A DNA stretch of 64,000 nucleotides. Origin: Mobula hypostoma (Eukaryota). The notes under the pieces were generated by a model. The model was not told the DNA's origin. It made no database searches and saw nothing but the letters and a program-made list of their open reading frames with translations. The position numbers were made by a program, and so were the translations under genes. Below, piece after piece: positions 49,500 through 62,404 of this stretch. The stretch covers positions 156,118,001 through 156,182,000 of the forward strand of contig NC_086097.1 of assembly GCF_963921235.1 (NCBI RefSeq), in the 5' to 3' direction. Positions within the stretch are counted from its first letter, which is position 1; the number at the start of each line of letters is the position of its first letter.

Positions 49500-50470
49500 T
49501 CGCATGCAGCCCATCCTTTGTCTAATCTGTCCCTCTGCAACTCTCTCTGCAACGTAAAACCAGGCGGTTTTCTCTGATGAAGAGTCTTTGATGTGAAATG
49601 TCAACTTTGATTGTCTTTCCACGGATGCTATCTGGGCTGCTGCGTGTTTCTGGTGTTTCTGTTTTTGTTATGTAAAGTGAACTTTCTTTGATTAATGTTT
49701 AATTGAAAATAAATCAGAAGCATCTTCAAAAAAGGATTTATTAAATTTTTTTCTAGAAATCTTAATTAGAATAGTGGCTTGTTAATCAATTCATGAAATT
49801 ATTAAACAGAGTTATCTTATCCAGTATATTGGATTTGCAGGATATCCTATGGTCTGGTTGTCTCTGACTGGTAATATAAAATGTAGTACAGATCTGCTCA
49901 TAATTACGGATGTAGACTGTTAGTGCAGAGTAATTTAAACTTCTTGTGTTATCCATGTTACACACTAGTATAAAGGCTCTTGTGGCTGATACTTCATGCT
50001 CAAATGGTGGCAGTATCATTCATGTTAATAACCATAATATCCCCTGTCATTAACATGGAATTTCTTCAGTAAGGCTAATACAGTAATTTTTTATTGCTCT
50101 TCTGAGACCAACATAATGAAAAACTAATGATGATAAATGTGTTGCGTAAGGTATCACTTGATATTCACAAACATTGCAATCAGAGGAATGTGCTCAAACA
50201 AAAAGGGAGTGAATCGTTCCACTATCAAACATCTGTAAATCACGTAAATGTGAGGGAGGGCTTTCCTCATCTCCCGTTGTTTTGTTTCTTCAAGAATATT
50301 TTATTAGGATTTCATTCATTTTAGGTCATACAGTGTAGTCTGTCTTTTTGGCACTTTGAATTACTCCTAGTAGAATGAAAATTCAGTTCTATGCCTTGTC
50401 CTGCTTGATCCATAGTCCTGATGTTGTGTCTCAGCCTGAAGTGTTGAGAGCTTATTTTCCTCCACAGGAA
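49500..50470. repeat. Tandem array module C, first copy, bounded by Penelope-like tails
   Basis: Homologous to 56450-56682 plus 57485-58150. Confidence 0.85.
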
Positions 50471-50479
50471 AATGTCCTG

Positions 50480-51075
50480 TTGAGTTACATGGGATCCACA
50501 GTAAGTTGGGAAGATGCATATAAAATTGGATTGGTCATAAAAGATAGTTGGTAGTGGTAGAGTGGTGTCTTTCTGAATGGAGTCCTTTGACCAGTGATGT
50601 GCCACAAGGATGACTGCTGGGACTTTTATTGTTAGTGACATATATGTATGAATGATCTGAGTGAAAACAAAGGTACTTTGATAAAAAAGCTTGGAGTTGA
50701 CACAGATATTGGTAGAGTTGTGGATGTTGAGGGCAGTTATCAAAGGATAAAGCAGGATGCAAACCAGTTGGAAATATGGGCAGACAAATGGCTGGTGGAG
50801 TTTACTTAAGAAAAATATGAGGTGGTGCATTTTGCGTCAAAAGCAACAGGTACATGAAGAGTAAATGGTAGGGTACATAGGAGCATTGTTGTACAAAGTG
50901 ATCTTGAGGAGCAAGCCCACAGCTTCTGAAACTGGGACAAGGGTGGTAACGAAGGTGTACAACATGCTTGCCTTTATCAGTTTGAGGACTGGACATAAAA
51001 ATTGAAAGTCAAGTTACAGCTGAATAAATCTATAATTAAGTCACATTTGAATGGCTGAGTCTTCAATTTTGATTA
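50480..51075 (+). repeat. Ancient CR1 remnant, array module D
   Basis: Homologous to 62405-62835; decayed CR1 RT C-terminal motifs. Confidence 0.75.
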
Positions 51076-51404
51076 GGACACAACAGTGCGATTCCAGCCC
51101 TTGTGACCCACTGCACAGAACTTAAATCCCAGAGCATGGCAATGACTCCAGCACTTGGGTGTGTAGATCTGCGTGTCTGATTATCCAACTATGTCGATGT
51201 CACTTACCATCGAACATTGGGCGGAGGCATAGACTCCAGCCTGTCCTCTAACTCCCACAAATCCCTGTCACAAAACTGTAGCTGGATACGTAACTCTCCC
51301 CTCTGTGCTCAAAACTATCCCTATGAACCTAAACAAATCTAAAAGACAATGATGTCTGAGCCATGGCCTCCACGAAGTCCACTGCTTGGTGCCATCTTTA
51401 ATCC

Positions 51405-51942
51405 AGCTTCCAAAACCACATATTCATTTCCTTTCAGACCCTCCATGAACTGTCATGTTGGGTCTTAAACTATAGTCATCAAGATACATACAGCATCACC
51501 TTATAAGGTGAATACACTGATGCTTATATTGATCATATCACTTATATTGGTGATTTTGATCAGTACGCCAGAGATTTTAGTTTATTTATACCATTTACAT
51601 GCCATATCTAGATGAGAGTAAGAGTGATTCCAAAGCATCTGGTGTTTGGGGTAATAAATGCTCTCATTACTGCTTTCTCTGCATAAACGGGGTGTTCATC
51701 TTCAGCTCTGATGCTATCCCATTTATCCCATCTATCCCATTTATTGTCTACTGTTCATTCTACCTTATGTTCACATCAGACATTCCTAAAACTTTTTCCC
51801 TTCCCTGTCAAATCTTGGATATGCTTCAGCAGAGCCAATAATGCATTTCAAATTTTTTTTTATCTTTGGGGTGCCAAGTATTTCCAATATTTCCTTTACC
51901 ATTTTGGAAAACAAAAGTGCTTCAATTATCTGAACAAATATT
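51405..51942. repeat. Tandem array module A, copy 2
   Basis: Homologous to 28790-29150; the preceding 51230-51400 also matches 28615-28790. Confidence 0.85.
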
Positions 51943-52280
51943 ATAAGACTATAAGACATAAGAGCAGAGTTAGTCCACACAGCTCATCTTCTGCTCAATT
52001 ATGGCTGACTTATTTTCCATCTCAACCCCTATCTTGCCTCCTCTCTGTAAACTCTGACACCTTTACAAATCAATAACCTATCAACCTCTGCTTTAGATCT
52101 ACTCAATGACTTGGCCTTCACATCCATCTATCATAATGTATTCTTACTAATTCACCACAACTTAGCTAAAGAAATCCTTCCTCATCTCAGTTCTAAAGTG
52201 GCATCCTTCTATTCCGAGTCTGTACTCTCTGGTCCACTATTGGAATCATCCTGTCAATACCCACTCTATCTATCCACTCT
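51943..52280 (-). mobile_element. CR1 3' end fragment
   Basis: ataagactataagacata tail and CR1 3' UTR motifs. Confidence 0.75.
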
Positions 52281-52289
52281 TTCCATTGC

Positions 52290-54128
52290 TGTGGATGTTT
52301 GTTCAAATACGTAGTTGCAGGAGTGAGGTAATCCACTGAATAGAAACAGCTCATTTGTTCTCCTTATAGAAAAGTAAGCATTAGGGGAGGTTGATAACTG
52401 TATACAGGATCCCACTAGTTTAGAGTGTTGCTTAAATAAGTTGCTTGTCATTCAGAAGTCAATTAATTGCTTATTAATTCTGATGTCAATTTTAAACTTG
52501 TTAGTTTTGCTCCTGGTTAGATAAATAAGAGTCAATTCTGGTAACAGAAAGATTGCAAGAGAGGGTAATAAGCATACAGAATTGTGTTCTGCAGGTGAAA
52601 AGGAAAGTGCTAGCTTGCTGAAGAATTGAGATAAAGTGGAAATTTGACAAACAAATGACAATATCTAGTGTGTACTTGTTCAGACCAGAAGCGTGGAAAA
52701 AGCAATCTAAATCTAAAGAGAGTAGGGATGTAAGATTGGAGAGGCATCTTGGTCTGATGACAAAACTATCAGCAGTAATAGGAGGAAACACTCAGGGCAA
52801 TGGAGCATAAAGAGATTATACTCACATACTGTAACTGGGATGTCTTGAGTTCTGTGATCATTTATCACAGCAGATCACTCACCCATAATAAAGCAGGTCT
52901 AATTTACATTAATGTGGATGGATTCTTTCATGGTTTAGTTCTGCCAAATAACTAACAAAGTGATAAAGAAAAAAAATGTGCTCCGTAGTTAGCTTTCATG
53001 ATACATGGTGAGAATATGAGCTCATGAAAATATGGCAGAGGCAACATACTGCAGGAAATGTAATTCCACCAAAACTGCAAAGTAAGCTAGATGAAAGTCT
53101 AGTCATATCATCCTGTGCAAAATGTGTTTCAGCCACCTAATCATAATGCCATTGTGGGAAAGACAGAATTAAAAATAAATGACTAGAAGTTTTCCGATTG
53201 GAAAAGCCAATTTGTTGTTATTGATTATCATTAGGATGTGTGCTAGCAAGGAATAATGTAGATTAATGGGACTGAGTGGCAGATGCCCAGAAATGGGCTG
53301 ACTTGATTGCATGATGTGAGCCAACTGGGTGCTTCCTCTTTATGTCAGTCTTATAAAAGTTTGCTAAGGCACAAGTGTGAAAGCCAGACTGTAATTCTCA
53401 CTTCATTAATGAAACAGTCTAATTCAGACAACATCATATTTAAAGTCCTCTGTACCCTCTCCTGTCAAATTACATCTTTTCTATAGTATGGTTACCAGAA
53501 ATTCCCGCAGTAATGTATCTATAAACTAATCCGTGCTTCATAAATCTGCAACATAATCTTCCTGATTGTCAACTCTATACCCTAATTAATGAAGGCAAAT
53601 ATCTAGTATGACTTCTTTGTCACTTTAGCTTCCTGTTACCTGTGCGTGGAGCAAAAACCACAATGAAGCAGTGTGATTGAATGTTTTAACTGAGTCACAT
53701 CAGACAATGCACACTCAGGGCAACTTATAGAATGGGTGTGACAAACTGGGTTTTGTAAAGATGGAAAGCATGCGTGCTTGAAAGCCCTCACATAAAGTGA
53801 GAGCCTCGGGCATGACACGTCCATCTTCTGCTCCGATGCTCCTCCTCAATACTACCCCACCTATCACATTGCTCCCTTTTAGTCATTCAAACAGTCATTC
53901 TACCACTTATTCATCCCGTCATACCTAAGCCCCAACAATATTTCCACAGGCATTCAAGGCTCCTTTTGGCACAGCAATGGTAAAAAGACACTGAAATTCA
54001 CTGTGTTTTGATAAACTCACCAATATAATAACTGCATTCCAACAAGGCTAATACATTTTTATTTTTGGTGTGTCATGTATCTCAAGATTTGTTTTGCCAA
54101 TTTGGAAGAAAATCTGCTTCAGTTTATG
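52290..54128. repeat. Tandem array module B, copy 3
   Basis: Homologous to 33515-35335 and 46080-47892. Confidence 0.9.
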
Positions 54129-54139
54129 AAAAATATATT

Positions 54140-54900
54140 ATAATCCAGAAGAGCAGAATTAGGCCATTTGGCTCCTCATCTTGCTCTGTCATTCAATCAT
54201 GGCTGATGTATTTTCCACCTCAACTCCATTCTACTGCCTTCTCCACTTAACCTTTGACCCCTTTATTAATTAAGAACTTTACAAACTTCATTTTAAATAT
54301 ACCAAATGACTTGGCCTCCTGTGATCTCTAAATCCGGTCCACGTTTACAATAGACTACACCTTTTGTTCCCCTTCTATCATTGTACATGACCATATATCT
54401 CTATGCTGCATTCCATCTGCCACTGATTCACCTAATCTGTTCAAGTCCTTCTGTCAGCCCCTGCTTCCTAACCCTTACCAACCCCTCCACCTGTGTTTGT
54501 ATCATCCACAAACTTGGCCACAAAGCTGGCAATTACATTATCCATATCATTAGCACAGAATGTGAAAAGTAACAGTCCCAGCACTAGCCCCTGCAGAACC
54601 TCATGAGTCACATGCAGACATTCAAAAAAAGGTCCCCGTTATTCTTACTCTTTAACTTCAGCCAGTTAGACAATCTTCTGTCAATGCTAGTGTTGTTTCT
54701 GTAATACTATGGGCTGTTACCTTGCTTAGCAGCCTCATGAGCTGAAACTTGTCAAAGACCTCCTGAAAATCCACATAAACAACATCCACTGACTCTCCTT
54801 TGTCTACGCTGCCTGTTAGTTTATGATATAGAACTGAGAACATAGAACAGTACAGCACCGTACAGGCTGTTAGACCCGCAATTTTCACCAACACTTCAAC
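54140..54900 (-). mobile_element. Old CR1 fragments
   Basis: VDKGESVDVVYVDFQEVFDK plus CR1 tail motifs. Confidence 0.75.
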
Positions 54901-55289
54901 CTACTTGTTAGATATGTGGATATGACCATAGGAAAAAAATGGCTGGAGTCGCGAAGTACTTTAGTGCAAAGCTGTTTATTAGGTGCATCAAAAATCAAAC
55001 TTACAAAATTTAGCAAAAATACTGAAAATAGAACTGCCAATACCTACAAAAAAGGTATCTACCAGTAAACATGATAATAGCTCCATACTATTCTTGTCCA
55101 GTGTGAACTCCTGGCAGCCTCTATCTCTCTCTCGTTGAGGGCGAATGGCTCAATTTTTTTTCTGCACCAGGGCATACTGTCTTTAATTCCCAACAAAGTT
55201 AACTTAACACTACACCTGAATTAGAATACGATGCGCCCCACAATGTTGCTATAATCACAATGCAAAATAAGCAGAAGTATCTACCTTAA

Positions 55290-55732
55290 ATCATCATCAT
55301 CATCATCATCAGGCGCCATGCCCAGTTTGAGCTTTGACTGCCATGGCCCACACACTCCTGTTTGAGGTCAAGTGGATCAGTTCATTGGTATTCATTTCCA
55401 ATTCTCTGGCTGCTGTCTCCATCATAATTTTTCTTTGCTTTCCTTTTGCTTTCTTCCCTTCAATCTTTCCCATAATTACCATGCATTCTAACTCCTCTTT
55501 CTTAATCACATGTCCAATGAAGTTACGTTGCCTTTTCATGATCTCATACATTATTTTTCTTTTTGTGTTTGCTCTGTTCATGACATCCTTGTTAGATATT
55601 CGTTTCATCCATGATATTCTTTGCATCCTCCTCAAAAACCACATCTCTGCTGCTTCAATTCGTTTCCTCATGTTACTAGATATTGTCCAACATTCTGAGC
55701 CATATAACATCACTGGATAAACGTAATACAGT
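55290..55732 (-). mobile_element. RTE-clade LINE 3' end with (TGA)n tail
   Basis: PVMLYGSECWT..IEAAEMWFLRRMQRISW..GKIEGKK; (TCA)n on the plus strand at 55290-55310. Confidence 0.9.
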
Positions 55733-55989
55733 ATACAAAAAAAAATACATATTTGCACAACCCCATTACTAAAAAAACATAATATTCTGCCATGTATGCC
55801 AGGAAAGGCACCAGAAAGCCAAGCTGAGTGCATCAGCTCGGTTTAGGGCCCATTATGAGAATATACAGGGGAAGACATTAAAGTGTGTACACACAGCGCA
55901 CTGACAGCAGAATGACAAGGCAACGTTTGTGTGTGTGTAAATGTGCGTGTGTAAGGAATGTGTTTACTGAGGGCTCTCCATCGCACTAC

Positions 55990-56425
55990 TTTAAGATCAA
56001 ACTAACACTTCACTCCCACATCAGCCTCCATTTCTCATTCATCCATGTACCTATCTACGAGTCTGTAAAATGTCCCGAAGGTATCTGCTTCTACCATTAC
56101 ACTGGGCAGTGCATTTGATGCACTTACCACTCTGCAAAAAAAATCCACCTCTGACATTGCCCTTATACTTTCCTCCAATCAACTTCAAATTATTTCCTCT
56201 CATATTATCCACTGCCGCTCTGGGAAAACGGTGCTGCCTGTCCACCCCGTCTCCGCATCTTATCATCTTGTATATCTCTATCAAGTAACCTATCATCCTA
56301 CTTCACTCCTAAGAGGAATGCCCTAGCTCACCCATGTAAGTCTTGCTCTCTAAACCAGGTAGCACCCAGGTAAATCTCCTCTGCACCCTCTCTAAAGCTT
56401 ACACCCAAGTCCTATAATGATGTGA
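55990..56425 (-). mobile_element. CR1 3' fragment
   Basis: LIEIYKMIR..VDRQHRFP. Confidence 0.8.
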
Positions 56426-56449
56426 CTAGAAAAAAACAACTGACCCCAC

Positions 56450-58150
56450 CCTATCATTCCTTGGCCAAAATATACCCCTCAACTCCATTTGCCATTTAAA
56501 AGTAAGCCTTTTTCTCTGGTGATGAGTCTTTGATATGAAAAGAGTTTTGCTTCTCTTAACACAGATGCTAACTTGGCTGCTGATTGCTTCTAGCATATCT
56601 GTTATTTTTTTAAGGCAAACATTTATTGATAAATAAATATTTAAAATATATGTAAAAATAAATTCAGAAGCATCTGCCAAAAGGTTCAAAGGTCAAATTT
56701 AATGTCAGAGAAATGTATACAATATACATCCTGAAATGCTTTTTCTTCGCAAATATCCACGAAAACAGAAAACTGGCCCAAAGAATGAACAACAGTTAAA
56801 CCGGAGAACCCCAAAGTCCCCCCAGCTCCCCCCTCCCATGTGTAAGCAGCAGCGAGCAACGATCCACCCTCCCCCCACCAGCCAAAAAAACGCGCATTGG
56901 TACTATCACCGAGCCCAAGAGTAAAGACACTGAACGAAGTTACCCCAAAGGCCTCGCATTTCATCCAAAATTCGACAACTCAAAGGTTCTTTCTCTCCCT
57001 TGCAAGGGAGAGGGAGATGTCCCAATTTTCATAGCGAGCGGGAGACATAACAACAATCCGTCGGTTTACAATGTTAAAAGTCCGTATCATTGCTTTTTTG
57101 AGCTCTGTGTCTGAAGATCGCAAAGACCTCGGGTCTTCGGGCCCACAGTGAAAGGTTTTCCTGCCTGTCCAATGACACATGAGTCTCCTGCCGTGACACC
57201 AACCCTTGATCTGCCCATCTCCAGAGCCCCGAGATCTTAGGCTTCCGAACACAGTCGAGATTCTCAGGCCAAACCCTTGGCATGTCGAATACCGGCCAGT
57301 TGTGGAACCCCGAGAACGGGTTCCCTTCCCGCAAAGAACCGAAGCCTGCATGTAACTCCAGGTCAGGGTCTTCAAAAGAACCCTGAAAGAGAAAAATAAA
57401 GATATTAAAGGTAGAAATAGAGCTTTTTTCAAAGATGCAAACAAAAGGAGTCGCCGTTAGGCGCCATCATTCCTCCTAAGCTCCTAAAATATTGTAAATT
57501 AATTCACAAGATTACTAAAATACAGTTACCCTATCTAGTTCACAGGACTTGCAGGATATCCTCTTGCCTGGTTGTGGTGGTCTGGTAATAGTAATCATAT
57601 AGATCTGCTCATAATTATGGAGGTACAGTAGGCTGTTAATGAAGAGTAATTTAAACTTCATGTGTTAACCATGATACACACAAATATAAGGCTCTTGCAG
57701 CTGATGATTCATGTTCAAATGGTGGCAGTATCATTCATGTTAATAACCATAATATCCCCTGCCATTAACAAGGAATCTTTTCAGTAAGGCTAATACAGTA
57801 AGGTTTTGTTTCTCTTCTGGGACCAACATAATGAAGATATAATGATATTAAATGTGATGCATAAGGTATCACTTGATATTCACAAACACAGCAATCAGCG
57901 GAATGTACTCAAACAAGAAATGAGTGAATCACTCTGCTATCAGGCATTTGTAAATCATGTAAATGTAAGGGGAAGGTTTTCGCCATCTCCTGGTGTGTTG
58001 TTTAGAAATCAAGAATACTTCAATTGGATTTTATTAATTTTAAATCATATTTCCTATCATTTTGCAACTTTAAATTATTCCCGGTAGAGTACAAATTCAG
58101 TTCTATGACTTGTCCTGATTAATCCATAATCTTGATGAAGGATCTCAGCT
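56450..58150. repeat. Tandem array module C, second copy, interrupted at 56683-57484
   Basis: Homologous to 49500-50470. Confidence 0.85.
56683..57484 (-). mobile_element. Non-autonomous retroposon (SINE-like) with short-repeat tail
   Basis: GC-rich insert absent from the paralogous module C; 5' gatggcgcctaacggcgactcc; tail tttgacctttgaacc. Confidence 0.65.
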
Positions 58151-58184
58151 TTACCACATACATCACAGCAGAAGTACTTTTTGT

Positions 58185-61100
58185 TCGTGAGATAAATATA
58201 ACTGGTCCAGGAAGAGGTGCAAGCAGCTGTTGAGGAAGTGTGTACCACAAGTGTGGTAGGAATGAGGCACCAGGGAGCATGGACAATGTGGCACGGTGCA
58301 CTGAAATGGAAGGTCTCCTAATCCAACATCTGACAGGCAGAACCCCAGCTCATCAAGTTCATGATCCAGGTTGTGTACAATGCCCTGCCTAGTCCAGTGA
58401 ACTTTTATGCTTTGAGCAAAAACAAGGTATAATCATGTCCTCTCTGCCCTGGCAGGGGGTCCCTGGAACACATCCTCAGCAGCTGCCCAAAAGCTCTCGG
58501 AGAAGGCTGCTACTGTTGGTGCCATGACCAAGTGCTGAAGGCAGTGTCAGGAAGTATCTCCTTGGCCAATAATAAAAGTAAGTACCTCTGCCAACCTAGA
58601 AAGCCCTTAGCCTTTACCAAAACTGGAGACCAGCCACAGCCTCAACCCAGATAACCAGCAGACTTGTTCGCCACAGCATCAGACTGGCATATGAAAGTCA
58701 ATCTTGCCAATTATTTAAAGTTCCTTGACTTCATCAACAGGTTACACCTGAACCCGAAGGGGACCAATATCCTGGCGGGAAGTTTTAATAGATCTGTTAG
58801 GGAGGGTTTAAACTAATTTGGCAGGGGGATGGGAACTGGAATGATAGAGCGGAGGAAGGGGAAAACAGAAATAAATCTAAGATAGTGAGCAGTAAAGATG
58901 TCAGGAAAGACAGGCAGGTGATGGGGCAAATTTGTAGCCATTGGGATGAGTTGCAGTGCAATAAAGTTGCAGTGCAATCAAAGCAAAAAGTACCAAATAC
59001 TGGTCTTAAGGTGTTATACTTAAATGCACGCAGCATAAGGAATCAGGTGTCTGATCTTGTACAGCTACATATTGGCAGGTATGATATTGTGGCCATCACT
59101 GAGACGTGGCTAAAGGATGCATGTCTCTGGGAGCTGAACGTCCAAGGATACACGGTGTATCGGAAGGATAGGCAGGTAGGCAGAGGGGGTGGCGTGGCTT
59201 TATTGTTCAGAAATGATATCAAATCATTAGAAAGAGGTGACATAGGATCGGGAAGTGCAGAATCTTTATGGGTTGAGCTAAGAAATCACAGGGGTAAAAG
59301 GACCCTGATGGCAGTTATATACAGGCCTCCAAACAGCTGCAGTGATGTGGACTACAAATTACAACAGGAAATAGAAAAGGCTTGTCAGAAGGGCAGTGTT
59401 ATGATAATTGTGGGGGATTTTAACATGCCAGTGGATTGGGAAAATTAGGTCGGCACTGGATCTCAAGAGAGAGAATTTGTAGAATGTCTGTGTGATGGCT
59501 TTTGAGAACAGCTTGTTGTTGAGCCCACTAGGGGATCGGCTGTACTGGATTGGGTATCGTGTAATGAACCGGAGGTGATTAGAGAGATTGAGGTGAAGGA
59601 ACCCTTAGGCAATGATCATAACGTGATTGAGTTCTCTGTGAAATTTGAAAAAGAGAAGCCGAAATCTGATGTGTCGGTATTTCAGTGGAGTAAAGGAAAT
59701 TACAGTGGCATGAGAGAGGAACTGGCCAAAGTTGACTGGAAAGGGACACTGGCGGGAAGGACGGCAGAGCAGCAGTGGCTGGAGTTTATGTGAGAAGTGA
59801 GGAAGGTGCAAAACAGATATATTCCAAAAAAGAAGAAATTTTCGAGTGGAAAAAGGATGCAACCGTGGTTGACAAGAGAAGTCAAACCCAAAGTTAAAGC
59901 AAAGGAGAGGGCATACAAGGAAGCAAAAATTAGTGGGAAGACAGAGGATTGGGAAGTTTTTAAAAGCTGACAAAAGGAAACAAAGGAAGTGATTAAGAGG
60001 GAAAAGATTGACTATGAAAGGAAGCTAGCAAATAATATCAAAGAGGATACTAAAAGCTTTTTCAAGTATATAAAGTGTAAACGACAGGTGAGAATGGATA
60101 TAGGACATATAGAAAATGATGCTGGAGAAATGGTAATGGGAGATAAGGAGTTGGCGGAGGAACTGAAAGAGTATTTTGCATCAGTCTTCACTGAGGAAGA
60201 CAATCAGCAGTATACCGGACACTCAAGGGTGGCAGGGAAGAGAAGTGTGCGCAGTCACAATTTCGACAGAGAAAGTACTCAGGAAGCTGAATAGTCTAAA
60301 GGTAGATAAATCTCCCGGACCAGATGGAAAGCACTCTCATGTTCTGGAGGAGGTAGCTGTGGAGATTGCGGAGGCATTAGCGATGATCTTTCAAGAGTCG
60401 ATAGATTCTGGCATGGTTCCAGAAGATTGGAAGATTGCAAATGTCACTCTGCTATTTAAGAAGGGGGTAAGGAAGCTTGACATCGGTGGTTGGGAAGTTG
60501 TTGGAGTCGATTGTCAAGGATGAGGTATGGAGTACCTGGAGGCATATGACAAGATAGGCAGAACTCAACATGGTTTCCTTAAAGGAAAGTCCTGCCTGAC
60601 AAACCTATTACAATTTTTTGAAGAAATTACAAGTAGGCTAGACAATGGAGATGCAGTGGATGTTGTATATTTGGATTTTCAGAAGGCCTTTGACAAGGTA
60701 CCACACATGAGGCTACTTAACAAGATAAGAGCCCATGGAATTACGGGAAAGTTACATACGTGGATAGGGTGTTGGCTGATTGACAGGAAACAGAGAGTGA
60801 GAATAACAGGATCCTATTCTGGTTGGCTGCCGATTACCAGTGCTGTTCCACAGGGGTCTGTGTTGGGGCCGCTTCTTTTTACGTTGTACATCAACGATTT
60901 GGATTATGGAATAGATGGCTTTGTGGCTAAGTTTGCTGATGATACGAAGATAGGTGGAGGAGCTGGTAGTGCTGAGGAAGCAGAGAGTCCCCAGAGAGAC
61001 TTGGATAGGTTGGAAAAATGGGCAAAGAAGTGGCAAATGAAATACAATGTTGGAAAGTGTATGGTTATGCACTTTGGCAAAAATAAAAAAATAAGATAAA

Positions 61101-62400
61101 GTAAAAAATAAATAAATAAGAAATAAACGGGCAGACTATTATTCAAATGGGGAGAGAATTCAAAGTTCTAAGATGCAACGGGACTTGGGAGTCCTCGTGC
61201 AGGATACCCTTAAGGTTAACCTCCAGGTTGAGTCAGTGGTGAAGAAGGTGAATGTAATGGTGGCATTCATTTCTAGAGGAATAGAGTATAGGAGCAGGGA
61301 TGATTTAGCAGTTGAGGCTCTATAAGGCACTGGTAAGACCTCACTTGGAGTACTGTGGGCAGTTTTAGTCTCCTTATTTAAGAAAAGATGTGCTGACGTT
61401 GGAGAAGGTACAGAGAAGATTCACTAGAATGATTCCGGGAATTAGAGGGTTAACATATGAGGAAAGTTTGTCCGCTCTTGAACTGTATTCCTTGGAGTTT
61501 AGAAGAATGAGGGCGGAACTCATAGAAACTTTTCAAATGTTGAAAGGCATGGACAGAGTGGATGTGGCAAAGTTGTTTCCCATGATGGGGGAGTCTAGTA
61601 CGAGAGGGCATGACTTAAGGATTGAAGGGCATTCATTCATAACAGAGATGCAAAGACAGTTATTTAGCCAGAGGGTGGTGAATCTATGGAATTTGTTGCC
61701 ACGGGCAGCAGTGGAGGCCAAATCATTGGGTGTATTTAAGGCAGAGATTGATAGGTATCTGAGTAGCCAGGGCATCAAAGGTTATGGTGAGAAGGCGGGG
61801 GAGTGGGAATAAATGGGAGAACGGATCAGCTCATGATAAAATGGCGGGGCAGACTTGATGAGCCGAATGGCCGACTTCTGCTCCTTTGTCTTCTGGTCTT
61901 ATGGTCTTCATCACATCATCATCACAGAGGCTTGACATGATCATTGTCAGAAATGTCAGAGCAGGTGGGCATGCTACAATTGACAGTGTCTTGTGAAGAC
62001 TGGATTGAGGAGGCATTCGAGCAAAAGAAAGCCAAATACCAGGAGTGGTAGAGCAGTGCCAGAGACAGGAGTTAACAGCCCAATGCGAGCCTATAGAGGT
62101 GGCTTATAGAGGTTGTGTTGGCTGCTCACTCTGCACAACCTGCTCTCTCCTTAGCATTACTGGGTTGAAAAGAAAACAGCCATCAGAACCATCACAGAGG
62201 CTGCTGAGCAAGCCTCCAGATGGTTATGGGTTAAGAGTTATGACCCATGAATCAGTGCTGCTGGGAAACATACTGGGGCCTGAATATACTAGCTTTGTTG
62301 CATGGGTGAGGGTGCCTGATATTCAAAGACCAAAAACACCCAATGACCTCAGGTTACATCACTGATGATGTGTCACAGCGCATCCTAGGATGTATCTCCG
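58185..62400 (+). mobile_element. HERO-type RLE LINE 3' part, split by a CR1 insertion
   Basis: CPLCPGRGSLEHILSSCPKALGEGCYCWCHDQVL (zinc finger); resumes at 61906 with EEAFEQKKAKYQE..CEPIEV. Confidence 0.85.
58737..61905 (+). mobile_element. CR1 LINE: end of ORF1 plus nearly complete but disrupted ORF2 (APE endonuclease and RT)
   Basis: LHLNPKGTNILAG (ORF1 end); LYLNARSIRN, ITETW, YRPP, GDFN; DFQKAFDKV, PQGSVLGP, FADDTK; flanked by a CTTCATCA duplication. Confidence 0.95.
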
Positions 62401-62404
62401 CATC

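Noticed and set aside
49786..50324. Small ORFs in module C (ILPPFE resembles an ADP-ribosyltransferase motif)
   Set aside because: Upstream stops and frameshifting indels between copies; no other family motifs.
51910..51925. AAAGTGCTTC miR-302/430-like seed
   Set aside because: Single occurrence, no convincing precursor, not seen repeated in the array.
53620..54030. RSS-like motifs (CAC..23..GCAAAAACC; CACTGTG) suggesting Ig/TCR segments
   Set aside because: Heptamer and nonamer are not conserved in paralogous copies, and no FGxG J segment or V-domain frame is adjacent.
54915..55240. Possible solo LTR (TGTGG...CCACA)
   Set aside because: No TSD and no second copy in the window.
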